A stretch of 64,000 nt of DNA from Eubacteriales bacterium (GCA_045587985.1 JAZNDG010000067.1:22126-86125), one strand, 5' to 3'; positions 6,631-15,670 are shown, counted from the first letter of the stretch. A program made the numbers and translations. The notes: generated from the sequence alone by a model not told the origin.

Positions 6631-6683
6631 CGGCTATGCCCCAATCGGCCTGTGCAAGACGCAAAAACCTCCGTGTCGTGCTC
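6631..6683. repeat. Direct repeat copy B flanking the RT cassette
   Basis: The core CGCAAAAACCTCCGTGTCGTGCTC (6660-6683), plus weaker similarity back to 6631, is in the same orientation as copy A. Confidence 0.8.
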
Positions 6684-6729
6684 CTTTTACCCTTTTCTCT
6701 CTATCCCTCCAATCACTGTGCTTATAAAG

Positions 6730-6765
6730 CAAAAAACGGAACCACTTTCGTAGTTCCGTTTTTTG
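6730..6765 (-). terminator. Intrinsic (bidirectional-shaped) terminator after tRNA-Glu
   Basis: AACGGAAC (6735-6742) pairs with GTTCCGTT (6753-6760) as a perfect 8-bp stem, with an A-run on one side and a T-run on the other. Confidence 0.7.
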
Positions 6766-6799
6766 TTAGATCTTTCCAACGGTTCAGTTGGTGACCTCT

Positions 6800-6874
6800 T
6801 GGTGACCCGTACGGGAATCGAACCCATGTTTTCGCCGTGAAAGGGCGATGTCTTAGCCGCTTGACCAACGGGCC
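6800..6874 (-). tRNA. tRNA-Glu (anticodon UUC)
   Basis: The reverse complement is GGCCCGTTGGTCAAGCGGCTAAGACATCGCCCTTTCACGGCGAAAACATGGGTTCGATTCCCGTACGGGTCACCA. The acceptor stem is GGCCCGT/ACGGGTC. The anticodon stem is TCGCC/GGCGA with loop CTTTCAC. GTTCGATTC forms the T-loop, and the CCA end is encoded. Confidence 0.95.
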
Positions 6875-6889
6875 ATTGTTAACAGAGGT

Positions 6890-6918
6890 ATTATAGCATA
6901 GGTTTTTGAAAAAAGCAA
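6890..6918 (-). promoter_or_regulatory. Promoter of tRNA-Glu
   Basis: Minus strand: TTGCTT (6918-6913), 17 nt, TATAAT (6895-6890), ~15 nt upstream of the tRNA 5' end. Confidence 0.65.
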
Positions 6919-6943
6919 GCCCTTTTTGAAAAAAAGAATTTGC

Positions 6944-6980
6944 GAAAAAAAGCAGCCTCGTGCGAGGCTGCTTTTCTTCT
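6944..6980 (-). terminator. Intrinsic terminator of the permease gene
   Basis: AGCAGCCTC (6951-6959) pairs with GAGGCTGCT (6964-6972). On the minus strand the hairpin is followed by TTTTTTTCG. Confidence 0.75.
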
Positions 6981-6981
6981 T

Positions 6982-8409
6982 TTATTCCTCCTCGGCGGCA
7001 GCTGCCTTTACCGAGGGCTTCTTGCGGTAATAGATGTAAGCACCGATGCCCATCACGACAGCAAACACGATGAGATACCACACGTTTGCCATTTGGTGCT
7101 TGATGATGCTGGCCGCCACGATCACGGCAACGCCCGCGATCGAGAGGCAGGGGAGCACAAAGCGCTTGAAGGGATGCAGGCCCTTCTCCTTGATCATCAT
7201 AATGACAAGGATCGGGACGTACATCGGGTAGATGGTGATGATCGGGAGCTCGGAGGAGTCAAAGCCGTATTTCGAGATCGTGCCGAAATCGAAGAGCCCT
7301 GCTCCGATCAGGACGAAATAGACAAACCAGACAGCGCATGTGAGCAGCGCAAAGGCGGCCGAGTTGTGCGGCATATTGGTCACCTTGTCGATCTGCTTAA
7401 AGGTGTTGGGGGCAATGCCCTCATCTCTTGCCGAGAGCGAGTAGATGCCGCGGCAGCAGCCGACCATCAGGCCGTTGAGAGTGCCAAGGCAGGACACCAC
7501 AATAAAGGCGCCGATGAGCTTTGAAACCACAGGGCCGAAATAGTCAAAGGCCTTGGTCGTTCCGTTTGCGGTGATGTCGGTAATGCCGGCAAGGCCGAGA
7601 ATACCGGTGTTATAGAGCGTATAGGCCGTTACCACGATAAAGGTGCCAAGGCAGAGCGCGATGGGCAGGTTTTTCTTGGAGTTCTTGACCTCCGAGTTGA
7701 TCGAGGTCGCCACGATCCAGCCCTCATACGCAAAGATGGTGCCGCAGATAGCGGGGAAAAGACCGGTGGCAACCGTGGGGTCATCGGTAATCGTGCCGAC
7801 CGCCTCAACATCCAGATTTGCGCCGAGCTTGCCGTTGAAAAGACCGATGATCAGGCCGATAATACCGATAAACACAATGGGCACGAGCTTGACGGCGGTC
7901 GAGGACACCTGGAACTTACCGGCAAGCCGCGGGGCAATGGTGTTAAGGAAATAGATGAGCACGAGATAGAAGAGCGCAAGCGTAATGGTCTCGGGGCTGT
8001 TGAGCGTGCTCTTGATATTCATAGAGAGGGGAAGCTCCGTATATCCAACGAGCAAAAGGGTGTATCTTGCCGATACCCAGGCAAGGACCGATGTCATGGC
8101 GGGATAATAGACAAGCGACATAAACCAGCCGATAAAGAAGGCATAGGACTTGCCGCAGGTGGCCTCCGCATAGTCCACAATGCCGTTGACCTTCTCATAC
8201 TTGGTTGCCATCACACCAAAGGTCGTGGCGATGGCCACCATGATAAGGCCGGAAATGAGCCAGGCAAAGATGTTGTAGAATGCGTTGCCGTTGGCCGCCT
8301 TAAGCACATCCTCGGTCTTAAAGAAAATGCCCGAGCCAATGACGATCCCCACGACCATACAGGTGGCCGTGATCAGACCGTACCGCTTTTGAAGGGTTCC
8401 GTTTTCCAA
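6982..8409 (-). CDS. APC-family amino acid permease
   Basis: 475 aa and polytopic. The N-terminus GLITATCMVVGIVIGSGIFFKTEDV is typical of APC transporters. It uses a TTG start preceded by GGGAGGA. Confidence 0.8.
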   Translation of the reverse strand: MENGTLQKRYGLITATCMVVGIVIGSGIFFKTEDVLKAANGNAFYNIFAWLISGLIMVAIATTFGVMATKYEKVNGIVDYAEATCGKSYAFFIGWFMSLVYYPAMTSVLAWVSARYTLLLVGYTELPLSMNIKSTLNSPETITLALFYLVLIYFLNTIAPRLAGKFQVSSTAVKLVPIVFIGIIGLIIGLFNGKLGANLDVEAVGTITDDPTVATGLFPAICGTIFAYEGWIVATSINSEVKNSKKNLPIALCLGTFIVVTAYTLYNTGILGLAGITDITANGTTKAFDYFGPVVSKLIGAFIVVSCLGTLNGLMVGCCRGIYSLSARDEGIAPNTFKQIDKVTNMPHNSAAFALLTCAVWFVYFVLIGAGLFDFGTISKYGFDSSELPIITIYPMYVPILVIMMIKEKGLHPFKRFVLPCLSIAGVAVIVAASIIKHQMANVWYLIVFAVVMGIGAYIYYRKKPSVKAAAAEEE

Positions 8410-8465
8410 AGTAAGTTCCTCCCGAAAGATAATTTTCTAAAGACGCTTAAAATATATATACAATT

Positions 8466-8494
8466 GTTATAGCCTATTTTTGATCTTTTGTCAA
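8466..8494 (-). promoter_or_regulatory. Promoter of the permease gene
   Basis: Minus strand: TTGACA (8494-8489), 17 nt, TATAAC (8471-8466). Confidence 0.55.
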
Positions 8495-8504
8495 GCATTA
8501 TTCA

Positions 8505-8536
8505 CAAAAAAGAGCATCGCCGGATGGCGATGCTCT
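8505..8536 (-). terminator. Intrinsic terminator of spoIVB
   Basis: AGAGCATCGCC-GGAT-GGCGATGCTCT forms an 11-bp stem immediately after the stop codon, flanked by A and T runs. Confidence 0.8.
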
Positions 8537-8539
8537 TTT

Positions 8540-9739
8540 TTATGCCGCCCGAGAGGGGGCTTCCTCCCCTGCGGCATCCAGCATATTTTCAATATAGATG
8601 CCGTAGCCCGAGGCAGGGTCGCCGATCATGACGTGCGTGACAGCCCCCACCAGCTTACCGTTCTGGATGATGGGTGAGCCGCTCATCCCCTGCACGATGC
8701 CGCCGGTAAGAGAGAGAAGCGTAGGATCGACCACGCGGATCGAAAAGCTTTTGTTGCTCCCCTTTTCTCCCGAAAGGCTCGTGATCTCGATCGTATAACG
8801 GCAGGGCGCGCCGTCCTTGACGGTGGAGAGGATCTCGGCCCTTCCGAGCCTTACCTCATCCGAAAGCCCGATGGGCAGAGCGCCCTCGGCAGCCCTTGGA
8901 GAATGCAAAACGCCGAACACGCCCGCATCGGTATTCTTGCGGAGCGTGCCGATCTTTTCCGCTTCAAGATGCCCGCAAAGCTCGCCGGGTGCGCCCGGCT
9001 CCCCCGCCCGCACGCCCGAGAGCTCGACCTCGGTGACCGCGCCGCGCGGCATAGCGATGGGGGTCTTTTTCGTGCCGTCATAGACACCGTGGCCAAGCCC
9101 GCCGAAAAAGCCGGTCTCGGGATCGACAAAGGTCACCGTCCCGATCCCCGCGACCGAGTCCTTGACGAATACCCCCGCACGGTAGCTCCCCTCCTCACAC
9201 AGAGGCGTCAAGGTGAGCGTGAGGGTGCGTTCCCCCCGCACGACCGTCAATTTAAGCGCGCGCCCCCCGGATGTGCCGATGGCGGATGAAAGCTCGCCCG
9301 CCGTCCTTATGGGCGTACCGTCCACCGCCGTGATCAGATCGCCCCGCAGAAGCCCCGCCTCGGCGGCCGGGCAGCGCGCCCCCCGCCCTTTGGCAAAGGA
9401 GGTGACGAGCGCGCCGTCAAGAGAGGAGCGCAGGCCGAAAAGATAGCCGCCCGGCAAAAGAGTAAGACCGTCATAGCTCCTGATCCTTACCTCCTTCATC
9501 GGCAGAACGCCAAAGAGGCGGAAGGTGGCAACCGTCTCCTTTACGTGCGGAGAAAGCACGCGCTCCCTTGTAAGGGAAAGAGTGCCAAGCCCTCCTGCCG
9601 AGGGAAAATTCCCCGCCATGACCGAGATCCGATCGGGGATGAGGTGATCCGCAAGTCCTGCCGCCCCCGATGTGAGCGTAAGCCCGAGGAGGAGAATAAA
9701 TAAGAAGCAGGAGAGTATTGTTTTGCAAGCCTTCATCAA
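8540..9739 (-). CDS. spoIVB: SpoIVB peptidase (S55 sporulation signalling protease)
   Basis: 399 aa with an N-terminal signal/TM segment. It has a PDZ-like region (GLLRGDLITAVDG) and the C-terminal motif GGIVQGMSGSPIIQNGKLVGAVTHV typical of SpoIVB. Confidence 0.85.
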   Translation of the reverse strand: MMKACKTILSCFLFILLLGLTLTSGAAGLADHLIPDRISVMAGNFPSAGGLGTLSLTRERVLSPHVKETVATFRLFGVLPMKEVRIRSYDGLTLLPGGYLFGLRSSLDGALVTSFAKGRGARCPAAEAGLLRGDLITAVDGTPIRTAGELSSAIGTSGGRALKLTVVRGERTLTLTLTPLCEEGSYRAGVFVKDSVAGIGTVTFVDPETGFFGGLGHGVYDGTKKTPIAMPRGAVTEVELSGVRAGEPGAPGELCGHLEAEKIGTLRKNTDAGVFGVLHSPRAAEGALPIGLSDEVRLGRAEILSTVKDGAPCRYTIEITSLSGEKGSNKSFSIRVVDPTLLSLTGGIVQGMSGSPIIQNGKLVGAVTHVMIGDPASGYGIYIENMLDAAGEEAPSRAA

Positions 9740-9861
9740 TTCGCGCCGCCTTTCGTTTGTTCCCTTTTAATTTGTACGCGCATCTTTTCTTTTATGTGCC
9801 TATCCCGATGAAAACAAAGTGGCAGATTTGCCAAAAGCAAATCTGCCAAAAGAAAACTGCG

Positions 9862-10527
9862 TTATATCCGAAAATACGAAAGCGGGAGAAAGAAGGCCGA
9901 AAGGAGAGAGGGATCCGAAAGGGCGAGAACACGGCCGCGCCCCTTGCGCGAGGCTTCCACCGAAAGGCGGAGGCAGGAGGTGTCCCCTATCTCAAGTGAA
10001 AGGGTAAACCCACCGCGCTCACCGAGTGATGTGAGGAGTGCAAGCCGCTCGCCCGAAAGCCCCAGCACCTCGGCCGCTTCCTCTTTATTCAAAGAGGGCC
10101 TGCTTGCCGAAATGACGATGGCGGCCGCTCCGTCCTCGGGTGCATGGAGCGAGAGGGTGATGGGCACATCCGCCCTTGCCGTATGGTGCACGGCCGTGCC
10201 CGCCGCAAAATACAGTGCGTGAAGCGATACCGAAGCCGGCGGTGCCTCGGGCGGGGGAGGGAGCACGGTGACGGTGGGATAGCGGCTTGCAAATTCGGAA
10301 AGAAGACCGAAAACCGAAAGCAGCGGACGGTCTGTGGTAAGATCAAGCGCAAGCGTATGGGGAGAGCAGAGCTCGGCCATCAGCTCGTTTGCCGCTTCCT
10401 CTGTGTTTCCCTCGCGATAGACGAGGGCGGCCGCGGCGGCTACGTGGGTGCTTCTGCGTCCTTGCCGCTCGTCCGGCAGGGAGCGCGCATCCTCCTTCGG
10501 CTCAAAAAGATATTTACTTTTGCTCAT
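9862..10527 (-). CDS. Hypothetical protein (221 aa)
   Basis: The ORF track extends to 10695, but that part overlaps the upstream gene. I chose the start MSKSKYLFEPKED at 10527. No domain recognised. Confidence 0.5.
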   Translation of the reverse strand: MSKSKYLFEPKEDARSLPDERQGRRSTHVAAAAALVYREGNTEEAANELMAELCSPHTLALDLTTDRPLLSVFGLLSEFASRYPTVTVLPPPPEAPPASVSLHALYFAAGTAVHHTARADVPITLSLHAPEDGAAAIVISASRPSLNKEEAAEVLGLSGERLALLTSLGERGGFTLSLEIGDTSCLRLSVEASRKGRGRVLALSDPSLLSAFFLPLSYFRI

Positions 10528-10561
10528 ACCGTAAGAAAATCTCCCATTGACGGTGTTATGC

Positions 10562-11587
10562 TTACTGAACGAAATCGCCTGCTGTGAGGCTATGGTAGCG
10601 GTCGGCGTACAGGATGCCCCGAAGAAGCGCCCCCGCCCTCTCCTCAACGCGCCCGTAAAGCGAATCGGCAAGATAGACCGCCTCGATCTCGGCATATCTC
10701 TCCTCGAAATCGGCTGCGGCCTTTGTCAGCCGCTTGACCACAAAGAAGCCCTGTGCGCCAAGGTCAAGGATGCCGGAGGTTTCGCCCTCCCCAAGCTTAT
10801 AGGCGGTGTCGATCAGCTCGCCGTAATAGGCATCGTCCTTCGAATAGCGCCCCATATAAAAGTCGGTATCCGGGCGAAGCGAGAGCTGGATAGCACCCCG
10901 AACATCGCCTGCTATCAGCTTGTTCCGTATGGAGGACATCAGGCTGAGATTTTCTGCGCGGTCAAGACCGCCGTCAGTCGCCGTGCGCCCCACCCATACG
11001 ATATGCAGGCAGTCCTCGCTCTTGAAAAAGGCTTCCACATCCGCCTCCTCATAGCGGTGCTCGGTATTGTAATACTCGATCAGGAGATTTTCGCAGACCG
11101 CATAGCGGATCATAAGGCGGTTGACGGCATCGTTCATATGCAGTCTTTCCCTGATATCGGCAAGATAAGCATCGTAGCTTTCGTAGCCCTCCATCCAGGT
11201 GTCACCCACAACACCGCCCTCAACGCTCGTCTTAATATATTCGGTAATTTTGCTTTCAACATCCTTGCTGTACGGGTCGATCCCCACCTCGCGGCAGATG
11301 CTGAAGAGGGCGTAGATCTCGGCGATCTCCCGTTCGGCCGCCGCCAAAAGGTTGTCAAACGCTTCGCCGTCAAGCCGGGCACTGTCAAGCCCTGCCACCT
11401 CCAAACGGTTTAAAAAGAAGGTATAGAGCATTTCAAAATTGACGGTATCCTCCCCGAGTGTAAAGACGGGGGTTGCCTCCTCCTTGCTCGATTCCCGCAT
11501 TTTATAGCTTTCACCGCAGGACACAAGCGAGGAAAGAAGGATCATTAAAAGAAGCGCAAGCGCAAGAATATTTAAAGAGCGTTTCAT
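10562..11587 (-). CDS. Lipoprotein, possibly a SurA/PrsA-like chaperone fold
   Basis: Signal peptide with lipobox LVSC (MKRSLNILALALLLMILLSSLVSCG). The function is a guess. Confidence 0.6.
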   Translation of the reverse strand: MKRSLNILALALLLMILLSSLVSCGESYKMRESSKEEATPVFTLGEDTVNFEMLYTFFLNRLEVAGLDSARLDGEAFDNLLAAAEREIAEIYALFSICREVGIDPYSKDVESKITEYIKTSVEGGVVGDTWMEGYESYDAYLADIRERLHMNDAVNRLMIRYAVCENLLIEYYNTEHRYEEADVEAFFKSEDCLHIVWVGRTATDGGLDRAENLSLMSSIRNKLIAGDVRGAIQLSLRPDTDFYMGRYSKDDAYYGELIDTAYKLGEGETSGILDLGAQGFFVVKRLTKAAADFEERYAEIEAVYLADSLYGRVEERAGALLRGILYADRYHSLTAGDFVQ

Positions 11588-11726
11588 AAAAAGCCTTCCT
11601 TAATTTTCTTTGCGGCGGCAGACGGCCGCCATGCCTTGTTCGCTTCCTATTATAACACACTTTTCGCCATTTTAGTGAAAAATATTTAAACAAAACGCAA
11701 AAGGCGGGATCTGTGCGTGATTTTTC

Positions 11727-11755
11727 TTGCAAAGCACGAAAAGATATGCTATACT
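11727..11755 (+). promoter_or_regulatory. Promoter of hprK
   Basis: TTGCAA (11727-11732), 17 nt, TATACT (11750-11755). Confidence 0.6.
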
Positions 11756-11777
11756 GTAAGAAAAAAGGAGGCTGCAT

Positions 11778-12737
11778 ATGGAGCTTGAGCAATCGGTCCT
11801 TGATGATGTTTATACCGTAGCGCTTTCGGATCTTATCAAGGAGCTTTCTCTGTCTGCCGTGGTGCTCCCCTCTCCTGCGGAGGAGATCCTTCTCTCGGTC
11901 CCGCGCGTGAACCGCCCGGGCCTTCAGCTGGCAGGCTTTTACGATTATTATGAGGCGGGCCGCGTGCAGATTTTCGGCAAGGCCGAAATGCATTATATAG
12001 AGCAAATGGAAAAGGAGGCACGCAGGGAGAAGCTTGCCCGCCTTTTCGGCACGGCGCCTGCCGCCGTTTGCGTGACCTCGGGGCTTTCGCTTTCGGAGGA
12101 GGATCTTGCCTTGGCACGGGAGTATCACGTGCCGGTCCTGTACACCTCCGAAAGAACGAGTGAATTTCAAGCCGCTCTGATCGCCTACCTCAATCTGCGT
12201 ATGGCCCCCCGCATCACCCGCCACGGCGTTCTTGTCGAGGTGTACGGTGAAGGGATCCTGCTCCTCGGTGACAGCGGTGTGGGTAAGAGTGAAACGGCCA
12301 TTGAGCTTGTCAAGCGCGGCCACCGCCTGATTGCGGACGATGCGGTGGAGATCAAGCGCGTGTCGGCCAAGGCCCTGGTCGGTGAAGCACCCGAGATCAT
12401 CCGCCATTATGTGGAGCTGCGTGGGATCGGGGTTGTGGACGTGCGCCGCCTCTTCGGTATGGGCGCGGTCAAAAATTCCGAGAAGATCGACTTTATCATT
12501 AACCTTGAGCCGTGGGTGGAGGGAAAAATGTATGACCGCCTTGGCATTGACGAGGAGAGGACCGAGATCTTAGGCATCAGCCTGCCCTCCCTTACCATTC
12601 CCGTACGCCCCGGGCGTAACCTCTCGATCATTATTGAGGTCGCGGCCATGAACAACCGCCAGAAGAAGATGGGGTACAATACGGCCGAGGAGTTTAATAA
12701 GAGGATCATGGAATCGATGGGCCTTCCTCCCCAGTAA
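11778..12737 (+). CDS. hprK: HPr kinase/phosphorylase
   Basis: 319 aa. P-loop LLLGDSGVGKSETAIELVKRGHRLIADDAVEI and ELRGIGVVDV are family signatures. RBS AAGGAGG. Confidence 0.9.
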   Translation: MELEQSVLDDVYTVALSDLIKELSLSAVVLPSPAEEILLSVPRVNRPGLQLAGFYDYYEAGRVQIFGKAEMHYIEQMEKEARREKLARLFGTAPAAVCVTSGLSLSEEDLALAREYHVPVLYTSERTSEFQAALIAYLNLRMAPRITRHGVLVEVYGEGILLLGDSGVGKSETAIELVKRGHRLIADDAVEIKRVSAKALVGEAPEIIRHYVELRGIGVVDVRRLFGMGAVKNSEKIDFIINLEPWVEGKMYDRLGIDEERTEILGISLPSLTIPVRPGRNLSIIIEVAAMNNRQKKMGYNTAEEFNKRIMESMGLPPQ

Positions 12738-12760
12738 AGGCCACCGTAAGAATAACCGAA

Positions 12761-12796
12761 AAGGACCGTATGCAGGCCTGCATACGGTCCTTTTTG
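12761..12796 (+). terminator. Intrinsic terminator of hprK
   Basis: AAGGACCGTATGCAGG-CC-TGCATACGGTCCTT followed by TTTT. Confidence 0.8.
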
Positions 12797-12918
12797 CATG
12801 CCTGCCGCTTTAAGGCTTTTGCGTATCTGCCTTCTCCTTCTTATCATATTTTCTTCATGTCCCGCATAAGGTAGAAGCGAGAAGAAATAGGCCGGGGGCC
12901 GAAGAAAAGGAGAAGCAT

Positions 12919-14469
12919 ATGGAAGCGATCGAAAAAGAGAGCAAAGCGATGGTATATGAGCGTGAGGTCGGCAGGGAGGCCGCCGCGGTCGAATGTAGCC
13001 TTGAGCATACCCTGCCCGACTATATGCCCGAGATCAGAAAAATTTTACGGGTGGATGCAAGACCGATCGAGGGGGGCGCGTACGTGGAGGAGGGGCGTGC
13101 CGAGTGCGCGGGGATCGTTGCCTTCACGGTGGTCTATACCGATGCCGAGGGAAGGCCCTCTGCCGTTTCGGTGAATGGGGATTACAGCCTCACCGTGCCA
13201 AAGGCGGAAAGCGCACTTCTTTATCTTGATACCGAGCTTGAAAGCGCCGCCTGTCGCCCGCTTGGCCCGCGCCGCATGAGCCTGCGCGCCCGGCTGCGCT
13301 GTCGGCCGCATCTTATTGAGGAGGTTGCCCTCCCCATGCCCGAGGGGGAGGGGTGCGAGCGGCTTTCGGCTTCCCTTGACGGGAGAAAGACGCTGATGGC
13401 CGCAAGCGGCGAGATGGCGCTTTCGGACAGCGTGGCCGTGCAGGGCATTCTGCCGGATGATCTGCACCCGATCCTTTGTGACGGAAGCATGCGGATGGAG
13501 GAATGCCGCGTGGAGGAGGATCTTTGCACGCTGCGCGCCATCTGCATGGTCCGCATCCTTGCTGTGACCGAGGAGGGCCGCCCGATGAGCTTTACATCAA
13601 GGATCCCGATTGAGCGAAGCATTGACTGTGAGGGCGCAAGGCCGGGGGATGCCCCCCTCTTTTCGGGCACGGTTTCATCGCTGCACGTCCGTCCCACCTC
13701 GGACGGAGAGGGAGGGACGATCCTTGAGATTGACGGTACGGCCGAGTGCCGCCTCCTGCTTTACCGCAAGTGTACCCTCACCCCGACCGTGGCGATCTAT
13801 TCTCCAAGCTACCGCACCGAGGTAACGAGGAGCCGCATCACGAGCGAGGCCTTCCTTGGGGCGGCGGGCGGCTATTATACGGCCAGCGGCAGTACGGCGG
13901 CCTCTCTTGAGGAGCGCGCCGCCCTCGTCCTTGATACGACTGCCACGGCCACCGTGCGCAAGATCGCGGGGGATGAGGAAAAGCCGATCGTTTCGGGGGA
14001 TGTGCACGTAAGAATGCTGCTGGCGGGTGCCGTGCCCGAGGAGGGGCCCACCCCCTGCTTCTCGGTCGAATATACCCACCCCTTCCGCATCGAGGCGCCG
14101 ATCAGCCTCCCAAAGGGCAGGGAGGTGCGGCTTGAATGCACGGTCACGCCCATCTCCTCCCGCGGGCGTCTTGAGGGGGGCGGATATGCAGACGATACCG
14201 AGCTTGCCTTCTCGCTGGCTGCCTTTGCGCCAAGCACCCTGACGGCCGTTTCTGAGCTGCGGGAATATAAGGATGAGCCTTATGTAAGAGAGGAGGGGAC
14301 GGTGACGGTCGTTTATCCCAAGGACGGGGATACCCTCTTTTCTCTGGCAGAGCGTTACCACACCACCCCTGCGGCGCTTGCAGAAGCCAACCGCCTTGGC
14401 GAAATGACCAATGAGGAAGCGGCAGAGCCGAATTCACTGGATGGGATCGCCTTTTTGCTGATCGAATAG
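12919..14469 (+). CDS. DUF3794-type protein with a C-terminal LysM domain (sporulation-coat-morphogenesis-like)
   Basis: 516 aa. The N-terminus LEHTLPDYMPEIRKILRVDARP is typical of DUF3794. The C-terminus VVYPKDGDTLFSLAERYHTTPAALAEANRL is a LysM motif. Confidence 0.65.
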   Translation: MEAIEKESKAMVYEREVGREAAAVECSLEHTLPDYMPEIRKILRVDARPIEGGAYVEEGRAECAGIVAFTVVYTDAEGRPSAVSVNGDYSLTVPKAESALLYLDTELESAACRPLGPRRMSLRARLRCRPHLIEEVALPMPEGEGCERLSASLDGRKTLMAASGEMALSDSVAVQGILPDDLHPILCDGSMRMEECRVEEDLCTLRAICMVRILAVTEEGRPMSFTSRIPIERSIDCEGARPGDAPLFSGTVSSLHVRPTSDGEGGTILEIDGTAECRLLLYRKCTLTPTVAIYSPSYRTEVTRSRITSEAFLGAAGGYYTASGSTAASLEERAALVLDTTATATVRKIAGDEEKPIVSGDVHVRMLLAGAVPEEGPTPCFSVEYTHPFRIEAPISLPKGREVRLECTVTPISSRGRLEGGGYADDTELAFSLAAFAPSTLTAVSELREYKDEPYVREEGTVTVVYPKDGDTLFSLAERYHTTPAALAEANRLGEMTNEEAAEPNSLDGIAFLLIE

Positions 14470-14554
14470 GAAAAGCGGCCAAACGGCCGCTTTTCCTATT
14501 GACAATTCCCCTTGCTTTTTTATAAAATAAAAGGAGGAAGGGTGGTGAAAAACT

Positions 14555-14962
14555 ATGAAGAAAATAAGACTTTTTTCGCTTTTTCTTGTGCTTGTGCTTC
14601 TTGTGTCCCTCCTTGCGGCCTGCAATAAGCGAGGCGGGGTGGTAGAGGCGTTTACCGAGGCGGGCTATGACTGCACCGCGATCGCCTCGCTTACCGAGGA
14701 GGATGACCGTGCGCTCCTTCTTAAGATGTTTGGCGAGGAGGTGCTTGATGCTCTGCCCGAGTGCGAGATCCTCGTATTTTCAAAGTATCTGATCCCGGGG
14801 GCGGCGGTATTCTGCTTTGAATCCTCCTCGGCCTTGCGGGAATATCTCAACGAGATGGGTGAGGATGCATACGAAGCCGCACGGGAGGAGGGGCGTGTTC
14901 TCGGCAACTGCTACCTTGCGTACGCGGGCTACGGCACGCTTGAGATCTTCTCGGGAAAATAA
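14555..14962 (+). CDS. Small lipoprotein (135 aa)
   Basis: Signal peptide with lipobox LLAAC. Followed by the bidirectional terminator GAAAAAGGCGCC-ATGG-CGCCTTTTTC at ~14961-14990. Confidence 0.65.
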   Translation: MKKIRLFSLFLVLVLLVSLLAACNKRGGVVEAFTEAGYDCTAIASLTEEDDRALLLKMFGEEVLDALPECEILVFSKYLIPGAAVFCFESSSALREYLNEMGEDAYEAAREEGRVLGNCYLAYAGYGTLEIFSGK

Positions 14963-14989
14963 GAAAAAGGCGCCCATGGCGCCTTTTTC

Positions 14990-15670
14990 TTAATTCTCGT
15001 ACTGCGTATCGACCGTGAGGGATGCGTTCTTGCTCTCCTCGGTGATATATTCAAGCGGATCGACCGATGCACCCTTCACCTTCATTTCAAAGTGCAGGTG
15101 CGCTTCATCCGCGCCCTCGATAATGGCGGTGTCGCCAACAGCGCCGATGACCTGGCCGCAAACGACCTTGGCGCCCTCCTTGATGCCGTCCGGCAGGGCG
15201 GCGGCAAGGTTCTGATAGACCGTCACACCGTCACCTGCGTGCGAGATGGTTACGGTGGTGCCCATCATCGGGTCGCTTGCCACAGAAAGGACGGTGCCGT
15301 CTGCCGCGGCATATACAGCATCCCCGAGGCTGCAGGCAATGTCAATGCCGCAGTGGGTGCGCCAGTCATTGGTGGTCATGGAAAAGACGGGGGTGGAAAG
15401 ATCGTGCTCCTTGGCGACCGTGCCGACAGCGGGTGCCTTGAATTCGGGCAGAACATTAGCAGGTGCGGTCACGGGGGGCGCCGTTGTCACAGGGGGTGCT
15501 GTGGTCGCGGGGCTTGCCGTGGTGGCGGGAGGATTGGTGGCGATCGGCGTTTTACTGCCGCGGTTGGCGGCTGCCGTAATGCCGATGACGACCGCTGTGA
15601 CACATAAGATGGCGATGATGACGATATAAAGGATCTTGCCGAGGTTTTCTTGCTTCTCTTTGTTTTGCAT
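14990..15670 (-). CDS. M23/LytM family metallopeptidase with an N-terminal membrane anchor (SpoIIQ-like architecture)
   Basis: 226 aa with a TM helix and a Pro/Thr-rich linker. HCGIDI (HxxxD) and HLHFE (HxH) are the M23 zinc motifs. Confidence 0.75.
   Translation of the reverse strand: MQNKEKQENLGKILYIVIIAILCVTAVVIGITAAANRGSKTPIATNPPATTASPATTAPPVTTAPPVTAPANVLPEFKAPAVGTVAKEHDLSTPVFSMTTNDWRTHCGIDIACSLGDAVYAAADGTVLSVASDPMMGTTVTISHAGDGVTVYQNLAAALPDGIKEGAKVVCGQVIGAVGDTAIIEGADEAHLHFEMKVKGASVDPLEYITEESKNASLTVDTQYEN

Larger units (their letters stand above)
1..6799. mobile_element. One end of an integrative/conjugative-element-like accessory island lying next to tRNA-Glu; the other end is outside the window
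   Basis: All credible ORFs from 1 to 6533 are on the minus strand and are packed with overlapping stop/start codons. They are visibly lower in G+C than the sequence to the right of 6.9 kb. They include conjugative-element hallmarks (ArdA, PcfK/AcrIIA9-like, DUF2958). The island stops within ~100 bp of the 3' end of tRNA-Glu. No integrase, relaxase or att partner is visible, so element type and exact borders are inferred. Confidence 0.6.

Noticed and set aside
6579-7081. ORFs 6579-6794 (+) and 6722-7081 (-) around tRNA-Glu.
   Set aside because: Both run through the tRNA gene and/or the terminator hairpins and the tRNA promoter, and neither has coding features.
9740-9861. ORFs 9718-9999 and 9819-10007 (+) in the spoIVB upstream region.
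   Set aside because: They largely overlap the minus-strand gene 9862-10527 in antisense, and their repetitive Lys/Arg/Glu translations look non-coding. The interval is more simply the spoIVB promoter and leader.
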